A stretch of 64,000 bases of DNA from Deltaproteobacteria bacterium (GTDB lineage Bacteria; Myxococcota_A; UBA9160; SZUA-336): positions 8,183-72,182 of the forward strand of contig JAJDAK010000013.1 of assembly GCA_029261895.1 (NCBI GenBank), in the 5' to 3' direction. A program made the position numbers and the translations under genes. Under the pieces are notes generated by a model. It was not told where the DNA came from. It saw nothing but the letters and a program-made list of their open reading frames with translations, and searched no databases. Below are positions 42,199-51,803 of the stretch, one piece after another (positions within the stretch are counted from its first letter, which is position 1; the number at the start of each line of letters is the position of its first letter).

Positions 42199-42987
42199 AT
42201 GGGCGAACCCGCGCGCTTTGTTGAACTCGACGGCTGCTTGAACTTCCGAGACATCGGCGGTTACCCGACGCAAGATGGCCGGCGTGTACGCTGGCGCCAG
42301 GTTTTTCGGAGCGACGCGCTACACGGCTTGTCGGAAGCCTCTGCGGACCATGTAAAAAGCGAATTAGGAATCACATCCGTGATCGATTTGCGTTCGACGG
42401 ATGAACTTCAGGAGACCGGACGAGGCCCGTTGGAAAAGCGACACGTGGACTTTCATCATCTATCTCTTTTCGCAGAGGTGGAACGTACCCGGCAAATGCC
42501 CACCATTCCCGATGTACCACACGGTTTCTATATGGTGATGGCCGATATTGCCGCATCGATTCTGGTTCGAATTGTCCAGGAGATCGCGACAAACTCCGGA
42601 GCAACGGTATTCCACTGTGCTGCAGGAAAAGATCGTACGGGGATCGTCGCCGCGGTGACGCTGGGTCTGCTTGGTGTGAGCGACGATGACATCGTCGAGG
42701 ACTACACGGAAACTGGCCGCCATATCGAAGACATCCTTGCGCGATTGAGTGCTAACGCGACATATCAAGCACGATTCGCTGAGTTGCCACCGAGCGCGCT
42801 CGAAGCAAATCCGACAATGATGGTCGGCCTTCTTCAGTACCTGCAGTCGGAATACGGTGGCATTCTGCCTTACATGCGTGATGCGGGACTCGTCGATAAG
42901 ACCGTCGATCAGCTCCGATCTCGCTTGCTCACACCCCCTGACTCAGAGGAAAGAACCGATGCACGAAAATCTAAGTCTCAGCGGTAA
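42199..42987 (+). CDS. protein-tyrosine phosphatase (Y_phosphatase3 family)
   Basis: 262 aa. It has NFRDIGGY and FRSDAL near the N-terminus, and the CX5R P-loop HCAAGKDRTG. Confidence 0.75.
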   Translation: MGEPARFVELDGCLNFRDIGGYPTQDGRRVRWRQVFRSDALHGLSEASADHVKSELGITSVIDLRSTDELQETGRGPLEKRHVDFHHLSLFAEVERTRQMPTIPDVPHGFYMVMADIAASILVRIVQEIATNSGATVFHCAAGKDRTGIVAAVTLGLLGVSDDDIVEDYTETGRHIEDILARLSANATYQARFAELPPSALEANPTMMVGLLQYLQSEYGGILPYMRDAGLVDKTVDQLRSRLLTPPDSEERTDARKSKSQR

Positions 42988-43780
42988 AACAGCGATTGTC
43001 ACGGGCGCATCCAGTGGCATCGGCAAAGCCATCTGCATCGCACTCGGGCGCGCGGGTGCGAAAGTTTATCTTGCAGGTCGGACGCTGGCGCCGATGCACG
43101 AAACCGCCAAACTCATTGTCGATGAAGGTGGTGAGGCTGAGGTCGCCACACTCGATGTACGAGAACCCGCGCAAGTCCAAGCGTTGGTTGCGCGCGCCGT
43201 CCAGGAGACAGGCCGACTCGATATCATGGTCAACAACGCAGGCCTTTCTTATCCAGGGGCCATTGCAGAGGGAGACCCAGTGCAGTGGCGGGAGATGCTC
43301 GATACCAACGTGTTTTCGCTACTGGTCGGTTGCCAAGCCGCAATTCAGGCGATGCGAGCGTGTGGTGCTGACGGTCATATCGTGAACATTTCTTCGATCG
43401 CCGCGCGACGCGACGCAAGTGGTGTATACGGCGCCACCAAGGCTGCAGTGAACGCAATCGCTACCACATTGCGTGAAGAACTCGAGGATGAATCGATTCG
43501 TGTGGTCAACATTATGCCGGGCGCGGTTGCGAGCAACTTCGCCAGGCACTTCGATCCAAAATTCGTTGAGGGCTTCGTCAAAGCCACGGGGATGAAGGCA
43601 GATTTCACCCCGGGTGCCCACCTACCGGATGAAGTGATCTCGAAGCTGCAAGAAGTCGCATCGAAAACCTTGGCTCATGTGGACGACATCGCCAACGCAG
43701 TTCTCTACGCTGTGACCCAGCGGCCGGAACTCAACGTTTTCGAAATTGTAGTGCGCCCACAGAAAGCGCTCCGGCTCTAA
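42959..43780 (+). CDS. short-chain dehydrogenase/reductase
   Basis: The track ORF 42857 is trimmed to the ATG at 42959 (MHENLSLSGKTAIVTGASSGIGKA), preceded by AGAGGAAAG. NNAG and YGATK (YxxxK) are present. It overlaps the phosphatase 3' end by 29 nt. Confidence 0.85.
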   Translation: MHENLSLSGKTAIVTGASSGIGKAICIALGRAGAKVYLAGRTLAPMHETAKLIVDEGGEAEVATLDVREPAQVQALVARAVQETGRLDIMVNNAGLSYPGAIAEGDPVQWREMLDTNVFSLLVGCQAAIQAMRACGADGHIVNISSIAARRDASGVYGATKAAVNAIATTLREELEDESIRVVNIMPGAVASNFARHFDPKFVEGFVKATGMKADFTPGAHLPDEVISKLQEVASKTLAHVDDIANAVLYAVTQRPELNVFEIVVRPQKALRL

Positions 43781-43796
43781 ACAAGGGAGATAGACA

Positions 43797-44918
43797 TTGC
43801 GTTGGCTCAGACGATTACTGGTGTTTTTGTCCATCGTCGCGTTCGTCCTCGTGGCCGTAATTTGGATCCGACACGGGGGCGGCGACCTCTTTCCCAATCG
43901 AACCACCGACCCGGAAATGACCTGGGATCAGGTGGAGGTCGTGGCGAACCTCGAGCTTCCACCGGGGAATATCGCGGTCTCGCGCAGCGATCGTGTCTTT
44001 TTTAGCTTTCATCCAGAAGCCAACCCCGAAGTTCAGCTCGCGGAACTCATCGACGGCAACGCAATCCCGTACCCGACTGAGAATGCGCCAACATTAGAAT
44101 CGATCCTGTCACTGCGAATTGATCGCCAAAATCGACTTTGGGTACTCGACAACGCAAACCACGGAACCGGAAAACCCCAGATCCTCGCTTTCAATTTGAT
44201 TAATGATCGCATGATCCACCAGCATGACTTCGACAAAGTGATCGCGCCGCTCGGTTCTCATTTGAACGATTTCCAAGTCGACCCCGCCGGGCGCAAAATC
44301 TACATCGCAGACGCAAGCATCATGGCGAAAAATCCCGCGATCATCGTCTATGACACCCAAACCAAAATCAGCCGTCGGTTGCTAGAAAATCATGAGTCCG
44401 TGTCACCTGAACATTACGTGCCGGTGGTCCAGGATAAGAAGATGCAGATTTTTGGTGTCTTCGCGATCCGACCCGGCGTTGATTCCATCGCGCTCGATCG
44501 TACGGGCGAATGGCTGTACTTCGCTGCAGTGACGGCTCGACATCTGTACCGCGTGCGTACGCGAGACATAAACGATGAGTCGCTATCACCAGGCGAACTC
44601 GCGAAACGTGTTGAACCCTATGGGCGCAAGACGATGAGTGATGGCATCAGCACCGATAATCAAGGCAATGTCTACCTCACCGATCTCGAGCATTCCGCGA
44701 TCGTACTCATGGGCGCCGATCGCAAAATGCGCACGCTGCTGAAGGATCGGCGCCTACGCTGGCCCGATGGGCTTAGTTTCGGGCCGGGCGGCTGGCTTTA
44801 CATCACCTGCAGCTCCCTTCACACGGTGATCATGGAGTCGCGAGAAACCGTACAAAGCCATGCCCCATATCAGATTTTTCGCTTCAGGCCACCCGCTGGC
44901 GCAGTTCCGGGTCATTAG
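43797..44918 (+). CDS. major royal jelly protein / yellow family-like beta-propeller protein, N-terminal membrane anchor
   Basis: 373 aa with a TTG start and a TM segment (LLVFLSIVAFVLVAVIWI). RLWVLDNANHG..KPQILAFNL, YIADAS....AIIVYD, GVDSIALD..GEWLYFAAV....LYRV and NQGNVYLTD resemble the MRJP/yellow consensus. Identified by eye only. Confidence 0.5.
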   Translation: MRWLRRLLVFLSIVAFVLVAVIWIRHGGGDLFPNRTTDPEMTWDQVEVVANLELPPGNIAVSRSDRVFFSFHPEANPEVQLAELIDGNAIPYPTENAPTLESILSLRIDRQNRLWVLDNANHGTGKPQILAFNLINDRMIHQHDFDKVIAPLGSHLNDFQVDPAGRKIYIADASIMAKNPAIIVYDTQTKISRRLLENHESVSPEHYVPVVQDKKMQIFGVFAIRPGVDSIALDRTGEWLYFAAVTARHLYRVRTRDINDESLSPGELAKRVEPYGRKTMSDGISTDNQGNVYLTDLEHSAIVLMGADRKMRTLLKDRRLRWPDGLSFGPGGWLYITCSSLHTVIMESRETVQSHAPYQIFRFRPPAGAVPGH

Positions 44919-44974
44919 AAACGCCGAACCTGATACCATCCGGCGACCAAGTTTGACCTGGAGGAATCGCCGCC

Positions 44975-46798
44975 GTGAGTACCCCGATCCCGACTTTTGA
45001 CGCGCCCTTAGTAGTCGGTGCTCAAATCGAAGCACGCGCCAATCATCCCGAAGTCGCGAACCGCGTTTTTCTGCGACACGGTGACCGAAATTGGACGTTC
45101 CTGAGATACCGTGACGAGTCGGTTCGCCTCGCGCACTTCTTGCTGCGGCGCCTCGGCAGAACCGATGAAACTCGACCCGGCCATGTGGCGATGATGCTCG
45201 ACAACCACTTCGAACTGCTATCGCTCTTTGGCGGCTGTGCGTACGGCGGATTGACACTTTTTGGCATCAACACCGGCCTCCGAGGAGAAACACTCGCTGG
45301 CGTACTCAATCACTCGCGTGCACGAATCCTCGTGATCGATGAGCGGTACTTGCCCGAGTTGCAACGCATTCAGACCTCACTGAAGCATATTGCGCCTGAG
45401 AACATCCTGGTATTGCGTACTCAAGGCGGTGAAGTCGACGCAGCCAACGACTTCGAAGCACGCGTGACGGACGAGGTCGCGAAGCCTGGGGCTTCTCTCG
45501 ATGCTCCCCTCGTGCAAGTCGAGCTCGCCGACAATCTGATGGTTATCTACACCTCCGGTACTACGGGACTCCCCAAAGGCATCAACAACAACCACTTTAA
45601 ACTCTGCGCGACCGGAATCGCGGTTTCGCAGCGTCTGGGAATCACGCCCGATGACATGGGCTACGCCTGCATGCCGCTCTTCCATTCCAACGCGATGTTC
45701 ATCGCCTTCATGCCCTCTCTATGGGCTTGCGGCGGTCTCGGCATTCGCGAACGCTTCAGCGCCAGCGGTTTCCTGCCGGACATCCTTAAGTATGGGGTGA
45801 CGTTTTGGAACTACGTGGGCGAGCCGGTGCACTACGTGCTTTCGTCGATCGAAAAGCAATTCGAAGGCGATGCGGCGCGTATCGAAGCCGAAGTTACGAA
45901 CAATACGCAGAACAAGATGCGTTATGCGGTAGGAAATGGCGCAGCACCTCCTGATATCGACCAGTTCGAGCGTTGGTTTGGACTCGAAGATATTTTCGAG
46001 CTCTACGGCTCGACCGAAGCCGCGATTAGTACGTTCAGGGTCAAGGGAGACCCGCGAGGCAGCGTCGGTGAGATTCAAGATGAGGCGGTCAAAATTCTGG
46101 ACGAACGCGGCGGCGAATGCCCACCGGCAACGCTCGACACCGAGGGGAAAATCGCCAACTACGAGGAAGCCGTGGGCGAAATCTGCCGCAAGGCTGAGGA
46201 CACGGGACTGTTTCAGGGATACTTCGACAACGATGAAGCCAACACCAGCAAGTATCGAGACGGTGTCTATCACTCGGGCGACCTGGGACACGTGCTCGAG
46301 CGAGACGGGAAGCGATATCTCTTCTTCGATGGGCGCACCGATGATTGGATTCGCAAGGACGGAGAGAATTTCTCCGCGCTCCAGGTCGCTCGGTTGCTTC
46401 AGGAATATCCGGACATCGACCTCGCTGCCGCGTACGGTGCGCCCTGCGCGGTATCGGATGAGCTTGTGATGGTAGCGGTACGCATTCGCGAAGGTGCTGA
46501 GTTCGACCCGCAGGACTTCTTCAAGTATTGCGACAATCAGGTTTCCAGCGGAAGCATGGATAAAAAATGGTTCCCAGACTTCGTTCGCTTAGTAAGCGAA
46601 TTTGAGTTTACGGGCACGCAGAAGATTTTGGTTCGAAACCTCAAGCAGGTGCACTTTGACCTGAATCGATTAAAGGACGAGCCTATCTTTTGGCGCGAAC
46701 GTGGGGACACCAGCTACAAGCCTCTCACGCAGGAAGACTACGCGCAGCTTCGTGCTGAATTTGAGAAGGCTGAGAAACTCGATGTTCTCGATCGTTAG
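44975..46798 (+). CDS. AMP-dependent acyl-CoA synthetase/ligase
   Basis: 607 aa with a GTG start. It has the AMP-binding motif I (IYTSGTTGLPKG), motif II (YGSTE), and GDLG...DG..YF.GR.DDWIR..GEN. Confidence 0.85.
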   Translation: MSTPIPTFDAPLVVGAQIEARANHPEVANRVFLRHGDRNWTFLRYRDESVRLAHFLLRRLGRTDETRPGHVAMMLDNHFELLSLFGGCAYGGLTLFGINTGLRGETLAGVLNHSRARILVIDERYLPELQRIQTSLKHIAPENILVLRTQGGEVDAANDFEARVTDEVAKPGASLDAPLVQVELADNLMVIYTSGTTGLPKGINNNHFKLCATGIAVSQRLGITPDDMGYACMPLFHSNAMFIAFMPSLWACGGLGIRERFSASGFLPDILKYGVTFWNYVGEPVHYVLSSIEKQFEGDAARIEAEVTNNTQNKMRYAVGNGAAPPDIDQFERWFGLEDIFELYGSTEAAISTFRVKGDPRGSVGEIQDEAVKILDERGGECPPATLDTEGKIANYEEAVGEICRKAEDTGLFQGYFDNDEANTSKYRDGVYHSGDLGHVLERDGKRYLFFDGRTDDWIRKDGENFSALQVARLLQEYPDIDLAAAYGAPCAVSDELVMVAVRIREGAEFDPQDFFKYCDNQVSSGSMDKKWFPDFVRLVSEFEFTGTQKILVRNLKQVHFDLNRLKDEPIFWRERGDTSYKPLTQEDYAQLRAEFEKAEKLDVLDR

Positions 46799-47259
46799 AA
46801 CGGGCTCAGTTTCCGAAAGAACTTGGGGACTTTGCTCACAACCTGGGTCTCTGCCCAGTGGGTCAGCCTGTGCACTAACTTGATGACGTCCCCTTTGCCC
46901 GACCAATGAAAACGCACGACATCTGGATGAACCCCATTTAAAATGCGCGATAGCGCGGCGGTGACGACGAAGAGATCGTCGAGCAACGCGATCGGCGCAA
47001 ACAAGATATCGGGAATGATATCGATGGGTGAAAGCACGTAGGCGACACCAAACGCTGCAAGCACCTTTGCGCCGATGGGCACGCGATCATCTCGCATCAA
47101 GCGAATCAACAGGACCGTCAGATCTGGAAGCAGCAAAACCAGGTCGCGAATACCGGACTTTGATCCCGGTTCATTTCGAACGACCATCGAACGTACCCGA
47201 TCGTAGAACCGCCGTTCGCGCGCCGTGAGGTCGAGCGTAATCTTGTCTTCGCCTTCCAT
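46795..47259 (-). CDS. DUF1232 (YkvA-like) membrane protein
   Basis: 154 aa. LLIRLMRDDRVPIGAKVLAAFGVAYVLSPIDIIPD matches the DUF1232 core. Confidence 0.65.
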   Translation of the reverse strand: MEGEDKITLDLTARERRFYDRVRSMVVRNEPGSKSGIRDLVLLLPDLTVLLIRLMRDDRVPIGAKVLAAFGVAYVLSPIDIIPDILFAPIALLDDLFVVTAALSRILNGVHPDVVRFHWSGKGDVIKLVHRLTHWAETQVVSKVPKFFRKLSPF

Positions 47260-47273
47260 GGCAGAAGTCTAGC

Positions 47274-48554
47274 TCATGCCGCCTGCTCGAGTTCAACCCC
47301 CAGCTTTGTACGCCAACGCCCGCGCAGGAACGCCCAAATCACCCAAGCGCTCCGCGCAAGATGATCGAAGACCAGCGCGGACCAGACCCAGATCACATCC
47401 CAGTCGAGAACACGGGCGAAGAGAAATGCCAAGGGCACACGGAAAACCCAATTACCGACCAGCGATCCCCAAAAGGGAGACAATGTATCGCCGGCGCCAC
47501 GGAGCGCGCCACCAAGAGTGAAATGAAGTCCGAGCAACGGTTGCGCCAGCGCGAGAAGCAACATAAACGGAACCAGCGCATCAATGACCAGCGGATCAGT
47601 CGTAAACAATCTAGCAATCGGAACACGCGCCACCGCATACACGATGCCTAGCCCGACAGAAACCATCAGCGCGAATCGGGTCGATCGCCAGCCCGCCCGT
47701 TTCGCTTCCTCGAGATCCGACGCGCCAAGTGCTTGTCCCACGAGCGTCGCTGCGGCAACGGAAAAACCGATACCGGGAATCCATGAAAAACTGAGCACAC
47801 GCACACCCACGGTATACGCAGCGATGGCGACTGAGCCGTACTGTACCAGCACGGCAAAGTAGACCAAAATCGCGAGATTCATCGCGGCCCGTTCACCAAT
47901 TGCGGGTAACGCAAGTCGAGTCGCCTCTCGAAAAACACCACGAGCCGCTTGCCAGTCACGGCGCCGCAGTCGCATCACAGCCGCCGCACGACGGCGCTGA
48001 CTTAACCATAGAAAGAGCAATACGCCGACGAACTGTGAAACCAGCGTCGCGATCCCCGCGCCCACGAGATCCAGCTTGGGAAACCCAAACAGTCCAAAGA
48101 TCAGCAACGCATTTAAAACAAGTTTGCTCGCGGTAACAAAACCCGTGACCAAGAGAGGAGTTCGCGCATCCTTGGTGGCGCGGAACGCACTCTCGATGGT
48201 GAAACTCACGGCCATTAACAGCGACGAGGCCAGCGTGAGCTTGAAATACGGCAGCGCTAGCTCGATGGTGGATTCTGCGGCACCGAGTACGCGCAAGAGG
48301 GGTTCCGGTGCAGCAAATATGGCCCCCGTGAAGACCAGCGCGAAGCCAATCTGCAAGATCATGCATGCCGCAAACCCAGCACGCGCTCGTGCGGCGTCAC
48401 CGCCACCGATCGACCGCGCCATCAATGCAACGCAAACCGCACCCACAGCAAGAAATATCGAAAGACCCAGATAGAAGTACTGCGTTACATAACCAACCGC
48501 CGCGAGTGCTTCGGTGCCGAGGCGGCCGAGCATCGCGATGTCAACGACGGTCAC
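47274..48554 (-). CDS. MATE family efflux transporter (annotated from first canonical start; true start probably further upstream)
   Basis: 426 aa from the GTG at 48554, with about 11 TM helices. The same frame stays open upstream to 48836 and encodes a MATE-like TM1 (RQIWQLAWPTILSHTLASI), but contains no ATG, GTG or TTG. Confidence 0.75.
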   Translation of the reverse strand: MTVVDIAMLGRLGTEALAAVGYVTQYFYLGLSIFLAVGAVCVALMARSIGGGDAARARAGFAACMILQIGFALVFTGAIFAAPEPLLRVLGAAESTIELALPYFKLTLASSLLMAVSFTIESAFRATKDARTPLLVTGFVTASKLVLNALLIFGLFGFPKLDLVGAGIATLVSQFVGVLLFLWLSQRRRAAAVMRLRRRDWQAARGVFREATRLALPAIGERAAMNLAILVYFAVLVQYGSVAIAAYTVGVRVLSFSWIPGIGFSVAAATLVGQALGASDLEEAKRAGWRSTRFALMVSVGLGIVYAVARVPIARLFTTDPLVIDALVPFMLLLALAQPLLGLHFTLGGALRGAGDTLSPFWGSLVGNWVFRVPLAFLFARVLDWDVIWVWSALVFDHLARSAWVIWAFLRGRWRTKLGVELEQAA

Positions 48555-48727
48555 AATGCTCGCGAGCGTGTGGGAAAGAATCGTGGGCCAGGCGAGCTGC
48601 CAGATCTGACGATCTGTCCCCGACCGTGCAGAGGCAAGCGACTCCGCCGCCTGCGCAGCAAGCGCGGCCGACGGAATCGCTGTGGACTCGTTGTCCTGAA
48701 CCTCTTCTATACGATCACCGTCGTTGA

Positions 48728-49927
48728 TCAGGCCGCAAACTCGGGCTTGCGATACATCGTCACGACCGCTGCACCGCCGAGTCCGAGATTGTGCTGAAGC
48801 GCGGCTTTGGCACCGTCGACCTGGCGCTTGTCCGCTTCACCACGAAGCTGCCAATTCAGTTCCGCACACTGCGCCAATCCCGTAGCCCCGAGCGGATGGC
48901 CCTTTGAGATCAAACCACCGGATGGATTGACCACGACCTTACCACCGTAGGTCTGCGCGCCGGATTCCACGAACTCGCCGGCTTTGCCCTCATCACAGAG
49001 TCCCAGAGCGTCGTAGGTGATGAGTTCGTTCGCCGAGAAGCAATCATGCAGTTCGACAACATCAACATTTTCCGGCCCAAGTCCTGATTGCTCGTAGACC
49101 TTCAGCGCGGCGTTCTTCGTCATATCGAACCCAACCATCTTGATGCAACTTTTGTCCTCAAAGCTACTCGGATAGTCGGTCGTCATAGCCTGACCAGCGA
49201 TCTCGATCGCCTGTGCCTGCAGTCCGTGCTTCTTCACGAAGTCTTCACTGCAGAGAATCGCAGCACCGGCGCCATCCGACGTCGGGCAGCACTGTAGCCT
49301 TGTTAGCGGATCGTAGACCTTCGGCGAATTCAAGATATCTTCCAGTGAATATTCATCTTGGAATTGCGAATACGGATTATTGACCGAATGCTTGTGATTC
49401 TTCCAACCGATCTTCGCAAATGTTTCGGGTTTAACGCCGTACTTCTCCATGTATTCGCGGCCCGCGTTACCAAAGAGTTGCGGCGCCGCCGGTGCCTTCG
49501 CAAAACCGCGAAGATCCACCATCAACTGGAAGTGCTTGTCCATTGGGTTGGTTCGATCGGTGTACTTGATCCCGAGCGAGCCCTTCTCCATCTTCTCGAA
49601 GCCAAGCGCCATCGTGCATTCCGCCAAGCCACCTTCAACGAACTGCTTAGCCATGAAGAGTGCAGTCGATCCCGTGGAACAGTTATTGTTCACGTTGTAG
49701 ATCGGCACACCCGTCAGACCGAGCGTGTACGCAGCGCGTTCGCCGCATGTGCTATCGCCGTAGCAGTAGCCCACAGCAACCTGTTCGATTTCGTCATATT
49801 TGACACCAGCGTCAGCCAAAGCCTTTTCACCGGCTTCCTTCGCCATATCGGGATAGTCCCATTCTCTCGAACCGGGCTTCTCGAATTTGGTCATGCCGAC
49901 ACCCACTACGAATACTTTGCGTCCCAT
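48728..49927 (-). CDS. SCP2/SCPx-type thiolase (lipid-transfer-protein-like 3-ketoacyl-CoA thiolase)
   Basis: 399 aa. [20 protein letters not shown] and [16 protein letters not shown]...GG.AEC..ALGFEKM are very close to the thiolase domain of eukaryotic SCPx. Confidence 0.85.
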   Translation of the reverse strand: MGRKVFVVGVGMTKFEKPGSREWDYPDMAKEAGEKALADAGVKYDEIEQVAVGYCYGDSTCGERAAYTLGLTGVPIYNVNNNCSTGSTALFMAKQFVEGGLAECTMALGFEKMEKGSLGIKYTDRTNPMDKHFQLMVDLRGFAKAPAAPQLFGNAGREYMEKYGVKPETFAKIGWKNHKHSVNNPYSQFQDEYSLEDILNSPKVYDPLTRLQCCPTSDGAGAAILCSEDFVKKHGLQAQAIEIAGQAMTTDYPSSFEDKSCIKMVGFDMTKNAALKVYEQSGLGPENVDVVELHDCFSANELITYDALGLCDEGKAGEFVESGAQTYGGKVVVNPSGGLISKGHPLGATGLAQCAELNWQLRGEADKRQVDGAKAALQHNLGLGGAAVVTMYRKPEFAA

Positions 49928-49961
49928 TTTTTATTCCTCTATGAAAAATTATTCCGCCAAA

Positions 49962-50006
49962 GGCACGCGCGACGCGTGCCGTGTGGGCAGCACAGCTTTG
50001 CTGTGC
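49962..50006 (-). promoter_or_regulatory. twin perfect hairpins in the MaoC-thiolase intercistronic spacer
   Basis: GGCACGCG-CGA-CGCGTGCC (49962-49980) has an 8-bp stem. GCACAGC-TTT-GCTGTGC (49990-50006) has a 7-bp stem. The second begins 1 nt after the MaoC stop on the transcribed strand. No long U-tract follows. Confidence 0.5.
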
Positions 50007-50007
50007 G

Positions 50008-50862
50008 CTAACCCACTAAGTGTATCGCGGTGTTTTTAAGGACAGGTTCACCGCGCTCCTTGGTCGTGGCCGAAAGCAGTAGTTTGTCGCCCTCGTTCCA
50101 GACCGAAGTCACGATCGTTTCACCCGGGAAGACCACACCTGCGAAACGCGCCTGGTACCGCGCGACCTTCGTGACATCGCCACCGAGTACGTTGTCGACC
50201 GCCGCCTTACAGACGACGCCGTAAGTACAAAGCCCATGAAGAATCGGTGTATCGAAACCGCCCATCTTCGAGAACTCTGGATCCGCGTGCAGCGGATTCT
50301 TATCACCACAGAGGCGATACAGTAGCGCCTGCTGTGGCAAGGTCGGCGATTCGATCACGTGATCCGGTTCGCGATCAGGCGCCGCGTTGCCGGGCTTTGG
50401 ACCTGGATCACCGCCGAACCCACCTTCGCCGCGCAAGAAAAGTGTGAAGCGATTGGTAAACAGCGGATCTCCGGAATCGTCCTTGGTGTTCATCTCAATC
50501 ACGACGACCGCGGCCTTGCCCTTGTCATAGATCGCCGCGATGCGACCGGAGCTTTCGGCTTTGGCTTCGACCGGAATCGGCTTGTGGATTTCGATGTCCT
50601 GCTCCCCGTGCAAAAGCATCGCGAAGTTGAACTTGAGTCCAGGTACCGAGCCCAAACCACCCATCGCCCCGAAAACGGGAATCACCGCGAAACTCGGCAT
50701 CACCTTGAGATTTTTCTCATACGTGTACGCCAACTCGCGCGGATCGGTTTGCGGTACGCCCGCACCGATACCCAGGTGATAGAGAATGACTTTGTCTTTA
50801 TCCCATTGCCCGACACCACCACTCATCTCGTAGCCGAGCGCTTTGGCTAGATCAATCGGCAT
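50008..50862 (-). CDS. MaoC-like double hot-dog (R)-specific enoyl-CoA hydratase (hydratase-2 type)
   Basis: 284 aa. YRLCGDKNPLHADPEFSKMGGFDTPILHG is the MaoC hydratase motif. The N-terminal half is a degenerate hot-dog, as in the MFE-2 hydratase-2 domain. Confidence 0.85.
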   Translation of the reverse strand: MPIDLAKALGYEMSGGVGQWDKDKVILYHLGIGAGVPQTDPRELAYTYEKNLKVMPSFAVIPVFGAMGGLGSVPGLKFNFAMLLHGEQDIEIHKPIPVEAKAESSGRIAAIYDKGKAAVVVIEMNTKDDSGDPLFTNRFTLFLRGEGGFGGDPGPKPGNAAPDREPDHVIESPTLPQQALLYRLCGDKNPLHADPEFSKMGGFDTPILHGLCTYGVVCKAAVDNVLGGDVTKVARYQARFAGVVFPGETIVTSVWNEGDKLLLSATTKERGEPVLKNTAIHLVG

Positions 50863-50871
50863 GACGACCTC

Positions 50872-51777
50872 CTACGAATTGAAGAGTTGGCCGAGGATTT
50901 TGAGCTCCTCAGTCGCGTTATCGGGAACGATGTGATCGTCCAGGTTGCGAATCGATTCGATATTGTCACGAACCGTTTCCACCGTCGGCGTCACGTCCTT
51001 GCCGGCAAACCAACCCTGATTCACACCCACAAAGGCGCGAGCATAACGACCCCCACCGATCGAAAAGGTCTCGTGTGTGATGTCGCATTGCTCCGAGCAG
51101 AGATACGCGACCAGCGCGGTGACCTGTTCAGGATCGAGCAGGTCAGCCATCGGCCCGAGCAACTCTTCGGTCATGCGTGTACGTGCAATCGGCGCAATCA
51201 CGTTCGAACGGATGTTGTTCTTGAAACCTTCGATCGCGAGAACCTGCGAAAGACCCACGAGCCCCATCTTTGCCGCGCCATAGTTGGCTTGGCCGAAGTT
51301 TCCAAAGAGCCCAGCGGCTGAGGTTGTAAAGATCAAACGACCGTAGCCTCGCTCCTTCATCACTTTGAATGCCGGCTGCGTGACATAGAACGCACCGCGG
51401 AGATGGACGTCGAGCACGAGGTTGATTTCATCAATACTCATCTTTGCGAACGTCTTATCGCGCAGAATACCGGCATTGTTGATCAGAATGTCGACTTGAC
51501 CAAAGTTATCCATGGCGGTTTGAACGATCGCCTCGCCACCTTCGGGCGTCGAAACCGAATCGTAGTTCGCTACCGCGGTTCCACCGGCTTCGGTGATTTC
51601 CTTGACCACGGTATCCGCTGCACTCTGGCTCGCACCGGAACCATCGGTCTTGCCACCGAGATCGTTTACAACAACCTTCGCACCACGTGAACCCAAGAGC
51701 AGTGCATGACAACGACCTAAGCCGCCTCCCGCACCGGTCACGATCGCGACCCTGTTATCAAATCGTATGTCACTCAT
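50872..51777 (-). CDS. SDR family (3R)-hydroxyacyl-CoA dehydrogenase (MFE-2/HSD17B4 dehydrogenase-domain-like)
   Basis: 301 aa. RFDNRVAIVTGAGGGLGR...VVVNDLGG...VANYDSV...NNAGILRD...YGNFGQANYGAAK closely tracks the N-terminal domain of peroxisomal multifunctional enzyme 2. Confidence 0.85.
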   Translation of the reverse strand: MSDIRFDNRVAIVTGAGGGLGRCHALLLGSRGAKVVVNDLGGKTDGSGASQSAADTVVKEITEAGGTAVANYDSVSTPEGGEAIVQTAMDNFGQVDILINNAGILRDKTFAKMSIDEINLVLDVHLRGAFYVTQPAFKVMKERGYGRLIFTTSAAGLFGNFGQANYGAAKMGLVGLSQVLAIEGFKNNIRSNVIAPIARTRMTEELLGPMADLLDPEQVTALVAYLCSEQCDITHETFSIGGGRYARAFVGVNQGWFAGKDVTPTVETVRDNIESIRNLDDHIVPDNATEELKILGQLFNS

Positions 51778-51803
51778 TATTTGTCTCCTTTATGAGAATC
51801 GAA

